From Chloroflexota bacterium (GTDB lineage: Bacteria; Chloroflexota; Dormibacteria; Aeolococcales; Aeolococcaceae): 64,000 bases of DNA. Position 1 is the stretch's first letter. Every line of letters begins with the position of its first letter. The position numbers were made by a program, and so were the translations under genes. Of this stretch, positions 48,956-57,163 are shown piece after piece. The stretch is taken from contig VBIQ01000005.1 in NCBI GenBank assembly GCA_005880985.1, positions 350,059-414,058 on the forward strand. Reading direction: 5' to 3'. Below the pieces are notes generated by a model. It saw nothing but the letters and a program-made list of their open reading frames with translations, made no database searches and was not told the DNA's origin.

Positions 48956-50134
48956 TTGGCGGTGACCGAGCCCGCGGCCAGAACGCCGGCGATGACGCGC
49001 TGGCTGGCGCCCACCACCAGCAGCCGCGTCGACCACGTGGAGCTGAGCGCGATCGACCCCGGCTGGGAGCCGGAACGAACCGGCGAGAGCCCGATCGAAC
49101 CAGCGCTGGCCGCGATCCGCGCCGTCGGCGTGCTCGAGCCGGTGCTCCTGCGGCCGCGCGGCGACCGGTACGAGCTGGTCACCGGCCACCGCACGCTCCG
49201 GGCGGCCCGCGCCGCGGGGCTGGGGCGGCTTCCCGCGGTGGTCCGGGAGATGGGTGACGCGGCCGCGCTGATGGCCCTGGCACTCGACGGCAGCGCCAGC
49301 GGATCGATCAGCGACGGCGGGCGGGTCGAGTTCGCGCGGCGGCTGCACGGCAGCGGGGTTCCCGCCGACGAGGTGGAGGACCTGCTGGCCGCGCTGCAGG
49401 CGGCGCCGGTGACGGCTCCCCGCCAGAGGCGGCCGGCGGCGCCCGGCCCCGCCCCGGTCGTGGCCGAGACCCCGCCGGCTCCGGCCGGGTCGGGGCATCG
49501 CTGGACGCCGCTGCCGGGCGGGCCCCCACTGCTCTCTGGCGTCAGCTCCGCCTTCGTCGACGTGCCGCGGCTGCTCGCCGTTCTCGCCGCCGAGGGGTTC
49601 ACCGGGACGGTGGAGCTGCGCGGCCCCGACCGCCGGGACGACGTCGTCATCTTCATCGCCGGTCGCTGCTACGCGACGGTGGTGGAGGAGAACGGGTCGC
49701 GGGTCGAGCGCGAGCTGCGGCTTCCCGCTCCAGGCCGGCGGCCCGAGTTGGAGGTGACCACCCGGCCGCAGCCGCCGCCGGTGGCCGCCGGCCTGGTGAT
49801 GGCGCTGCGCATGCCGGCGCGGCTGCAGGGCCTGCACGCCTCGTTCTTCCACCTCGACCGGCTGCTGGCGGTGCTGGGCGGCGACCGAGCCGACGGCGCC
49901 TGCGTGGTGACCGCGCCGCGTGGATCCGGGGTGATCCTCCTCGCCGCCGGTGCCCCGGTGGCCGCCTATGCGCGCCGCCCGGGAGAGCGGCCGGGCTCCG
50001 AGCCGGAGGGGCTCGAGGTGGAGCCGGTCGCCGAGCTGCTCGCTCTGGGGGCGGGCGAGGTGGACGTGCACGACGGTCCGTTGCCACCGCCGCTTCCGCT
50101 CGAGGGTCTCATCGAGGACGCGACCGGGCGCTGA
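48956..50134 (+). CDS. ParB-like N-terminal domain fused to two tandem DUF4388/DUF2226-like repeats
   Basis: IRAVGVLEPVLLR...YELVTGHRTLRAA..GL..LPAVVR; repeats FVDVPRLLAVLAAEGFTG and FFHLDRLLAVLGGDRADG. Confidence 0.7.
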   Translation: MAVTEPAARTPAMTRWLAPTTSSRVDHVELSAIDPGWEPERTGESPIEPALAAIRAVGVLEPVLLRPRGDRYELVTGHRTLRAARAAGLGRLPAVVREMGDAAALMALALDGSASGSISDGGRVEFARRLHGSGVPADEVEDLLAALQAAPVTAPRQRRPAAPGPAPVVAETPPAPAGSGHRWTPLPGGPPLLSGVSSAFVDVPRLLAVLAAEGFTGTVELRGPDRRDDVVIFIAGRCYATVVEENGSRVERELRLPAPGRRPELEVTTRPQPPPVAAGLVMALRMPARLQGLHASFFHLDRLLAVLGGDRADGACVVTAPRGSGVILLAAGAPVAAYARRPGERPGSEPEGLEVEPVAELLALGAGEVDVHDGPLPPPLPLEGLIEDATGR

Positions 50135-50155
50135 CGCCTATTGGTCAAAGGCGTC
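50133..50155 (+). terminator. Hairpin after the ParB-fusion gene
   Basis: GACGCCT-attggtcaa-AGGCGTC. Confidence 0.45.
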
Positions 50156-50277
50156 TACATCACGACAGTGTTGTGGACATGAACGGGGCAAACGTCTGGA
50201 CCGGATTGACTCCGGACGGAAACGAACCGATGAAGGTTGTGACGTGACCGGAAGGGGGATGCCAGACTGCGCCTCCC

Positions 50278-51495
50278 ATGCCCGACGGTCGCTTCGCCGG
50301 CCGCGGGCGCCTCGTCGCCTTCGTCGCACCGATCGTCCTGCTCGGGCTCGTGGCGCTTCCCGCCGCCGCCGACTCCATCACCGATCCCGCCACCGCGGTG
50401 GCTCGCGCGCAGGCGCAGCTGCATGCAGCGCGCGCCCAAGCGACGGCGCAGGACAACGCGCTGGCGTCGGCGCAGCAGGACCTCGCAGCTTCCCAGCAGC
50501 GGTTGGCCGCGTTGCAGGCCGAGGTGGCGCAACTGGACGCGCAGCTGCAGAGCGACGCTGCCGCCGTCGACCGTCTGCAGGCGCAACTGGCAACCGATCG
50601 CGGCACCCTCGCGCACTTCCTGCGGACGGCGTACCAGCGCGGCCTCGACGCCCCCTTCCTCTACCTGCTGTCGGCCGACAACTTCTCGACGATGATGCAG
50701 CGTCAGGTGCAGGTGAGCAAGACGGCGGACGCCGCCCGCAGCCTGGTGGCGCGGATCGCTGCCGAGCAGGCGCAGGCGCAGCGCATGCTCGAGGCGACGC
50801 GCAGCCGGCGGGCCGCCTTGGAGACGGCGCGGCGGCAGGCGGTGACCACGGCGGCGCTGATCTCGGTGGAGGAGGCGCGGCTGGCGGCCCTCGCCGCCGC
50901 CGCCCACAACGCCGTGGCCGGCTCGCAGCAGGCCCTGAGCCAGGCGCTGAACGACAAGGCCAAGGCGGACGCCGCGGCGGCGGCGGCGGCGGCGGCGCGA
51001 GCCGCGGCGGCGCGCCCCAAGCCGGGCTCCGGGGTGGTCTTCGGCCCCGTCGCCGGGCCCGGCTTCAGCGTCGACACCAACCTCACCACGCCGTCGGGTG
51101 AGACCGCCGACCGTCTCAACCAGTTCCTCGCCGGCACCGCGCTGGCCGGCCTGGGGCCCGCCTTCATGGCCGCCGAGCGCACCCACCACGTCAGCGCCCG
51201 CTACCTGGTGGCGCACGCGATCGAGGAGTCGGCCTGGGGCACCAGCCAGATCGCCCAGGTCAAGCACAACCTCTTCGGATTCGGCGCCGACGACGCCCAT
51301 CCCTTCCAGGACGCGGTCAGCTACCCCTCGTTTGCGGCCTGCATCGACACGGTTTCTGCCTACATCGGCGCAAACTATCTGTCACCGTCGGGGCGCTACT
51401 ATCACGGTCCGACGCTGCGGGGGATGAACGTCAACTACGCCAGCGACCCCAGCTGGGCCGCCAACATCGCCGCCATCGCCGCCACCATCCCGTGA
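50278..51495 (+). CDS. Secreted coiled-coil (CwlO/PcsB-like) plus GH73 glucosaminidase cell-wall hydrolase
   Basis: Signal peptide, long coiled coil, AHAIEESAWGTS, NLFGFGA, YASDPSW. Confidence 0.85.
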   Translation: MPDGRFAGRGRLVAFVAPIVLLGLVALPAAADSITDPATAVARAQAQLHAARAQATAQDNALASAQQDLAASQQRLAALQAEVAQLDAQLQSDAAAVDRLQAQLATDRGTLAHFLRTAYQRGLDAPFLYLLSADNFSTMMQRQVQVSKTADAARSLVARIAAEQAQAQRMLEATRSRRAALETARRQAVTTAALISVEEARLAALAAAAHNAVAGSQQALSQALNDKAKADAAAAAAAAARAAAARPKPGSGVVFGPVAGPGFSVDTNLTTPSGETADRLNQFLAGTALAGLGPAFMAAERTHHVSARYLVAHAIEESAWGTSQIAQVKHNLFGFGADDAHPFQDAVSYPSFAACIDTVSAYIGANYLSPSGRYYHGPTLRGMNVNYASDPSWAANIAAIAATIP

Positions 51496-51544
51496 CCAGG
51501 GCATCCGGCAAGGAGCCGTGTACGCCGTCCGGTGGCGCCGACGA

Positions 51545-52504
51545 TCACACCGGAAGCAGGCGGGAGGCCACCTCCGAGGCGATCTCCAGCGGCAGCTCCA
51601 GGTCGTCGAGGTCGAGGATCCGCAGGTACAGCCGCTCACAGCCGGCATCGACGTAGGCCTGCATCCGCTCGGCGGCGGTGGCGTAGGTGCCGACGATGCC
51701 CCGCCCCGCCAGCGCCTCGACGATCGCCGCGCCGTCGCCGCTCATGAACTGCAGCTCGCCGTACGCGGCGGCGCGGCGGCGCAGCGCCTGCTCATCCTCC
51801 GCGACCAGGCAGGTGCCCATCCAGGAGAGGCGGAGCGTCGCCGGGTCGCGTCCCTGCTGGTCACAGGCGGCGCGGACCGCGGCGAAGACCGTGGCGGCGC
51901 CGTCGGGGTCGACGGAGGTGGTGTTGTACTCGTCGGCGTGGCGGGCCGCCAGCTGCGCGCTGCGCGCCTTGCCCGCTCCTCCGATGATCACCGGCAGCCG
52001 CGCCTGCCGCGGCGCCGGGAGCGCGACCGCCTCGTCAAGCTGGTAGTGCCGCCCGGAGAAGGTCGCCGGTCCGCCCTCGAACAGCGCCCTGACCACCGGC
52101 ACCGCCTCCTCCAACCGCTCCATCCGCTGGGAGGGCGGCGGGAGCTCGAGGCCGAGGCTGTGGTGCTCGGGCTCGAACCAGCCCGCGCCCATGCCCAGCT
52201 CCACCCGCCCGGCGCTCAGCCAGTCGACGGTGACCGCGGCGCGGGCCAGGACCGCCGGGTGGCGAAAGGTGATCGGCGACACCAGGGTGCCGAGCCGCGC
52301 CCGGTTGGTGTCGCGTGCGAGGGCGGCGAGGGTGGTCCACGCCTCCAGGGCGGTCCGCGGCGATCCGCCGATGGTGAGAAGGTGATCGCTGCGGAAGATC
52401 CCCTCGAAGCCGGCCGCCTCGGCGGCAAGGCCCATGGCCAGCATCTGCTCGTAGCTGGCGCCCTGCTGAGGCTCGAGCATCAAGCGCAGGGCGACAGCTG
52501 GCAT
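51545..52504 (-). CDS. LLM-class (probably F420-dependent) oxidoreductase
   Basis: EPQQGASY, FRSDH, LGTLVSPITFRHP, GAGWFEPEH, IIGGAG, ADEYN. Confidence 0.9.
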   Translation of the reverse strand: MPAVALRLMLEPQQGASYEQMLAMGLAAEAAGFEGIFRSDHLLTIGGSPRTALEAWTTLAALARDTNRARLGTLVSPITFRHPAVLARAAVTVDWLSAGRVELGMGAGWFEPEHHSLGLELPPPSQRMERLEEAVPVVRALFEGGPATFSGRHYQLDEAVALPAPRQARLPVIIGGAGKARSAQLAARHADEYNTTSVDPDGAATVFAAVRAACDQQGRDPATLRLSWMGTCLVAEDEQALRRRAAAYGELQFMSGDGAAIVEALAGRGIVGTYATAAERMQAYVDAGCERLYLRILDLDDLELPLEIASEVASRLLPV

Positions 52505-52555
52505 GGGCACGGCACCCTAGCAGCCGCGGCGGGCCGTTCGACCGAGCCGGTAGCC

Positions 52556-52676
52556 GGCGGCCGCCCCGTGGACGGCCGCCGCCCCCCAGTCGGTGTCGGC
52601 GCAGGTCACTGCTGGAGCGACGCGCCATCCTCCGGACCCCCCAGCCCTGAGGCGGCGGCTACGCCCTACACCGAGC
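52556..52676 (-). ncRNA. Candidate structured small RNA with terminal hairpin
   Basis: 52659-52674 pairs with 52590-52604 and 52639-52645 with 52611-52617; an 11-bp hairpin at 52556-52580. G-U pairs favour the minus strand. Confidence 0.45.
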
Positions 52677-52695
52677 GAGAAGTGTGGGGGCACCG

Positions 52696-52755
52696 GGTTA
52701 AGTGCTGCCCAGCGGACTGTTAGGAGCGGTTAATTGCCTGTAACGCCGCGGTCAC
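52696..52755. promoter_or_regulatory. Helically phased direct repeats (OmpR/PhoB-type operator-like)
   Basis: GTTA at 52697, 52719 and 52729; GTAA at 52740; GTCA at 52751. Confidence 0.45.
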
Positions 52756-52832
52756 AAGCGCGGCGGAGGCGTCCCCAGTCCACGCCCGACCGTGCCGGCG
52801 GAGGTGCGCGGACCCCCGCCTAGACTGCTCCG

Positions 52833-54569
52833 GTGCAGCACGACATCGGTGACCACGCCCTGCTCGCCGGTGGCGGCACCGCCGCCCTGGTCGATCCCGA
52901 GGGCGGCGTCACCTGGCTGCCCTGGCCGCGGATCGACGCCATGCCGGTGCTGCGCGGCATCGTCGACGAGGTGGCCGGCGGCGGCTTCTCGGTGGGCCCG
53001 GCCCGCGGTGGCGCCCGCACCCGCCGCTACCGGCCGGGCACCCTGCTGCTCGAGACCGACTGGGAATGCGCCGGTGCCCACCTGGAGGTGGCGGAGGCGC
53101 TGGTCGCCGAGGGTCCGCCCCGGCTGGCACGGCTGGCCCGCGCCCGTGGCGGGCCGGTCGAGGTGGTGGTGCGCTACCGGCCGGCGGGCGCGGACGGGCT
53201 GACCGTCGCCGGCACCACGGTGCACCCCCGAAGCGGAGGGGAGCCGGTGCTGCTCACGCCATCCCTCGAGTGGCGGCCGGCCGCCGGCGGGATCGAGGCC
53301 CGCCTCGAGGTCGGCGACGGCGAGGCGCTGGGCCTGGTGCTCGCCCCATCCGCCGGCCACGGTGGCGGCGGCGGGGTGGGCGCGGCGGCAGCGCAGCTGC
53401 TCGAGGCCACCACCGTCTCCTGGCGACGGCGGACCGCGCCGATGCGCTGGCACCGATCGGCCCTCGCCGAGCGGGTGCTGGGCGCGCCGTTGAGCGACCG
53501 CCTGCTCAAGCTGTCCGGCGGTCTGCTGCTCGGCCTGACCCACGGCAGCGGGGGGATCGTCGCCGCGCCGACCACCTCGCTGCCGCAGTGGCCCGGCTCC
53601 TCGCGGACCTGGGACTACCGCTTCGCCTGGCTGCGCGACACCTCCCTCGCGGCCCTGGCCATGCTCCGCCTCGGCCTGCCCGACGCCGCCGCCGCGCTCG
53701 GCGACTTCTGCGGCCGCGCCTGCCAGACCGGAGCCGCGCCCCCGGTGCTCCGGGTCGACGGCAGCCGTCCGCCTCCCGAGATCGAGGTGCCCGAATGGAG
53801 CGGCTACCGCGGCGCTCGCCCGGTGCGCCTCGGCAACGCCGCCGCCACCCAGGCCCAGGTCGACGTGCTCGGCGAGGTGCTCGACCTGGCCGATGCGCTC
53901 GACCGCGCCGGGGTGCTCCCCGACAGCCTGCAACGCGCGGTCCCCGGGCTCGCCGCGGCCACGCTTGCGCGCTGGGCCGAGCCGGACCACGGCATCTGGG
54001 AGGTGCGGGGACCGCCGCGCATCTACACCCACTCCCGCCTGATGGCCTGGACCGGCCTCCGCCGTGCCGCCGCCCTGGCGCGACGCGGGGCGGTCGCCGG
54101 GAGCCCCGAGGCCTGGGAGGCCGGAGCCGCCACCGTCGCCGAGGCCATCGTGTCGGGCGGGGACGACGGCGGCGCTCTGCTGCTCCACCCCGGCGGCGGT
54201 GGCCCCGACGCCGCCCTCGCCCTGGCTCCCCTGGTTGGGCTGCTCGCGCCCGACGACCCCCGGGCCGCGGCCACCCTGGGCGCCATCGCCACCGGGCTCG
54301 GTCGCGGCGGCCTGCTCGATCGCTACCAGGGCACGCTCGACGAGGTCGACGAACCCTGCGCCCCCTTCCTCTTCCCGACCTTCTGGCTGGCGGCGGCGCT
54401 GGAGCGCTGCGGTGGCGACGGCGCCCCCTGGCTGGCGAGCGCCGCGTCCGCCCGCGGACCGCTGGGGCTGATGGGAGAGGTCGCGGATCCCGAGCGCGGC
54501 ACGCCGCTGGGCAACTACCCCCAGGTCCAGAGCCACGCCGCCCTGGTGCTGGCGCTCACCGAGCGCTGA
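52833..54569 (+). CDS. Glycoside hydrolase family 15 (trehalase/glucoamylase-like)
   Basis: IVAAPTTSLP, WDYRFAWLRD, VRLGNAA, PDHGIWEVR, HSRLMAW, LGNYPQ..SH. Confidence 0.9.
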   Translation: MQHDIGDHALLAGGGTAALVDPEGGVTWLPWPRIDAMPVLRGIVDEVAGGGFSVGPARGGARTRRYRPGTLLLETDWECAGAHLEVAEALVAEGPPRLARLARARGGPVEVVVRYRPAGADGLTVAGTTVHPRSGGEPVLLTPSLEWRPAAGGIEARLEVGDGEALGLVLAPSAGHGGGGGVGAAAAQLLEATTVSWRRRTAPMRWHRSALAERVLGAPLSDRLLKLSGGLLLGLTHGSGGIVAAPTTSLPQWPGSSRTWDYRFAWLRDTSLAALAMLRLGLPDAAAALGDFCGRACQTGAAPPVLRVDGSRPPPEIEVPEWSGYRGARPVRLGNAAATQAQVDVLGEVLDLADALDRAGVLPDSLQRAVPGLAAATLARWAEPDHGIWEVRGPPRIYTHSRLMAWTGLRRAAALARRGAVAGSPEAWEAGAATVAEAIVSGGDDGGALLLHPGGGGPDAALALAPLVGLLAPDDPRAAATLGAIATGLGRGGLLDRYQGTLDEVDEPCAPFLFPTFWLAAALERCGGDGAPWLASAASARGPLGLMGEVADPERGTPLGNYPQVQSHAALVLALTER

Positions 54570-54583
54570 GGGCGCCGCGGCCG

Positions 54584-56479
54584 TCAGACGTGCTCGGGAG
54601 CCTCCATGCCGAGGGCGGTCAGGGCGTCGCCGAGGGTGCTCTTGGCGGCGGCCACCAGGGCCCGGCGAAACCGGCGGACCGCCGGGTCGGTCTCGCGGAC
54701 GATCACCGGGGTGTGCTCGTAGAAGTCGCTGAGCGCCGACGCCAGGTCGAAGGCGTAGGCGGCGAGCACCGCCGGCGAGAGCCCCGCCCCCGCCTCGGCC
54801 AGGGCGGAGCGGTAGCCGTCGATGCGGAAGAGCAGGGCCCGCTCCTGCGGCACCAGGCGGGCCGGCGGGGGGGCCGGTGTCCCGGCGCCGCCGGGCACCT
54901 TGCGCAGGATGCCGGCGGCGCGGGCGTGGGCGTACTGGAGGTAGACGCCGGTGTCACCGGTGACCCGCAGCGCCTCGCGGAAGTCGAAGGCGATGATCTG
55001 GGTCAACGAGAACTTCTGCAGGTAGTAGCGGATGGCGCCGGCCGCCAGCGCCCGCGCCGCCCGCTCGTCACGCGCCTTGTCGCGGAGCTGGGCCACCGCC
55101 ACGTCGAGGAGGTCGTCGGCGCGCACCTCGATGCCGCGCCGTCCACTGAAGGCGTACAGGGTGCGCCCCTCGTCGACCTCCATCCCCAGCTGGCTCGCCG
55201 CCGTCGCCGAGAGCGCCACCACCTCGTAGGCGAGATGAACCGAGCGTTCCGCCTGCTCGGTGTATCCCAGCCGCGCCAGCGCCTGCTGCACCACCCGCTG
55301 CAGCGATGCCTGGCGGGCGTCGATGACGTTGACCACCCGCTGGGCGCGGCCGAAGCGGCTGCCGTCGATGTCCTCCTCGCCGCCTGCGGCGGTGGTGGTC
55401 ACCGGCCGGTCGCCCTCATCCCACCGCCGGTACTTGAAGTCGAGCCCGAGCAGGCCGAACTTCCAGAGCTGGTAGGCGATGTCCTTGGCGGTGTAGGTGG
55501 CCACCCCGTCGGACTTGACCAGCACCTTGGCGTCCTCCTCCTCGGCGGCCGCCTCGTTCCCCGACGTCTCGGGCATCACCCAGCACCCTGCGTTCCTGCC
55601 ATCCTGGGCCAGAACGACCGCGCCCGCGCCGCGGAGCAGCTGGAAGGCCCGCTCCCAGAATCCCAGCTCGAGGATGTCGGACTCCCAGGTGAGCAGGTCG
55701 TAACCGATGTCGAACCGCCGCATGGTGGCGAGTTGCGCGCGGACCACGCGACCGGCCATCTCCTTGGCGAAGCGGGCGGTGTCGTTGTCGCGGGCCTCGA
55801 TGTCGTGCAGCACCCCCGCCCGCAGCTCGACCAGGGCCGGGTCGGACTCGTAGCGACGGGACACCTCGACGTAGACGCGCGAGCAGAACTGGTCGAAGGG
55901 CTCGTTCTCGCGTGGGGTCAGGCCCAGGTGCTGCAGCCCGACGACGACGTCAGCCACCTGCACGCCGGTGTCGTCGATATAGTTGTTGACCTCGACCTCG
56001 TGGCCGGTGCGACGCAGGATGCGGGCGACGGTGTCTCCCAGGCAGGCGTTGCGCAGGTGGCCCACGTGCGCCGCCTTGTTGGTGTTGATGTTGGTGTGCT
56101 CGATCAGCGTGCGCCCGGCCACCGTGAGCCCGCCGTCAGGGATCAGCGGCCGGCTCGGATCGAGAGCCAAGGCCGTGTCGATCACGGCCGGCGCCCAGCT
56201 GGCGTGGTCGAGACGGGCGTTGACATAGCCAGGGGCGGTCACCGACCAGCCGGCGACATGCTGGACCCTCGCCTCGTCGAGAAGCGTGCGCAGGTCCTCG
56301 GCGATCGCCATGGGAGACCTGCGCAGCACCCTGGCCGCCCCGAGCGGTGCCGGCGTCGACCAGTCACCGAACTCCGGTCGCGCCGAGGGCTCGACGACCA
56401 CCTCCACCGCGCCGCCGGCGCCGATGCGGTCGAGCGCGGAGCCGACGGCGCGGCGCAGCGCGGCCTCGACCTGTGACAT
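54584..56479 (-). CDS. argS: Arginine--tRNA ligase
   Basis: FGDW, EHTNINTNKAAHVGHLRN (HIGH), NYIDDTG, Y.AKDIAY, GDTGVYLQYAHAR, terminal M. Confidence 0.95.
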   Translation of the reverse strand: MSQVEAALRRAVGSALDRIGAGGAVEVVVEPSARPEFGDWSTPAPLGAARVLRRSPMAIAEDLRTLLDEARVQHVAGWSVTAPGYVNARLDHASWAPAVIDTALALDPSRPLIPDGGLTVAGRTLIEHTNINTNKAAHVGHLRNACLGDTVARILRRTGHEVEVNNYIDDTGVQVADVVVGLQHLGLTPRENEPFDQFCSRVYVEVSRRYESDPALVELRAGVLHDIEARDNDTARFAKEMAGRVVRAQLATMRRFDIGYDLLTWESDILELGFWERAFQLLRGAGAVVLAQDGRNAGCWVMPETSGNEAAAEEEDAKVLVKSDGVATYTAKDIAYQLWKFGLLGLDFKYRRWDEGDRPVTTTAAGGEEDIDGSRFGRAQRVVNVIDARQASLQRVVQQALARLGYTEQAERSVHLAYEVVALSATAASQLGMEVDEGRTLYAFSGRRGIEVRADDLLDVAVAQLRDKARDERAARALAAGAIRYYLQKFSLTQIIAFDFREALRVTGDTGVYLQYAHARAAGILRKVPGGAGTPAPPPARLVPQERALLFRIDGYRSALAEAGAGLSPAVLAAYAFDLASALSDFYEHTPVIVRETDPAVRRFRRALVAAAKSTLGDALTALGMEAPEHV

Positions 56480-56515
56480 GGCGGTCGAGGATAGCGATTG
56501 CTACCGTCAGCGGCG

Positions 56516-57163
56516 GTGATCGCCTACCAGGCCCTGGTCGACCGCGTTGTCGCCTGCCGTGCCTGCCCGCGCATGGAAGGGCGCCGCCGCGTCCTCGGTG
56601 AGGGCAACGGTCCGCTGCGGGCGTCGGCGCTGCTGGTGGGTCTCGCACCGGGACGTCACGGCGCCGATCGCACCGGCATCCCCTTTGTCGGCGACCGCAG
56701 CGGGGCCGTGCTCGACGGCCTGTTGCAGCGCTGCGGGCTGCGGCGGGAGGATGTCTTCGTCACCAACGCGGTGCTCTGCAACCCTCGCGACGCGGAGGGA
56801 CGCAACGCCGAACCGACGGCGGCGGAGCTCACGAGCTGCCGCGGCCACCTCGCCGCCACCCTGCAGCTGGTCGAGGCGCCGCTGGTGGTGGCACTCGGTC
56901 GCACCGCCTTTCGCGCCGTCCTCGCCACCGCTCCCGCGAGCCTGCGCTTCGAGGACTGCCTGGGAATGGCGCGCCGCTGGACCGGTGGGTGGCTGCTGGC
57001 CGCGACCTACCACCCGGGCCCGCGGGTGACCAATCACCCCGTCCGGCGCCGCCACCTGGAGGAGCAGTGGACCGCGCTCTTCGGCGCGACCGCGCCGGGC
57101 CGTCAGGCGGACAGTGCCGGCGCCGGGGTGCCGGCGGTGGTGAAGCTCCAGACGCGGGCGTAG
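56516..57163 (+). CDS. Uracil-DNA glycosylase family 5 (UdgB-like, Fe-S)
   Basis: CRAC, GLAPGRHGADRTGIPF, TNAVLC, YHP; start approximate. Confidence 0.85.
   Translation: MIAYQALVDRVVACRACPRMEGRRRVLGEGNGPLRASALLVGLAPGRHGADRTGIPFVGDRSGAVLDGLLQRCGLRREDVFVTNAVLCNPRDAEGRNAEPTAAELTSCRGHLAATLQLVEAPLVVALGRTAFRAVLATAPASLRFEDCLGMARRWTGGWLLAATYHPGPRVTNHPVRRRHLEEQWTALFGATAPGRQADSAGAGVPAVVKLQTRA

Noticed and set aside
47278-50134. oriC-proximal rsmG-parA-parB locus
   Set aside because: The genes are divergent, there is no parA, the ParB is atypical, and I noticed no DnaA-box cluster or parS palindrome.
50184-50230. c-di-GMP-I riboswitch resemblance (GGGCAAAC...GGACGGAAA)
   Set aside because: Lacks the GNRA tetraloop, the exact GACGCAAA and the receptor stem; not called as a riboswitch.
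52620-52645. SRP RNA-like GGUCCGGAGGAU segment
   Set aside because: Missing the GNRA loop and the CAGG/AGCAG internal-loop signature of SRP domain IV.
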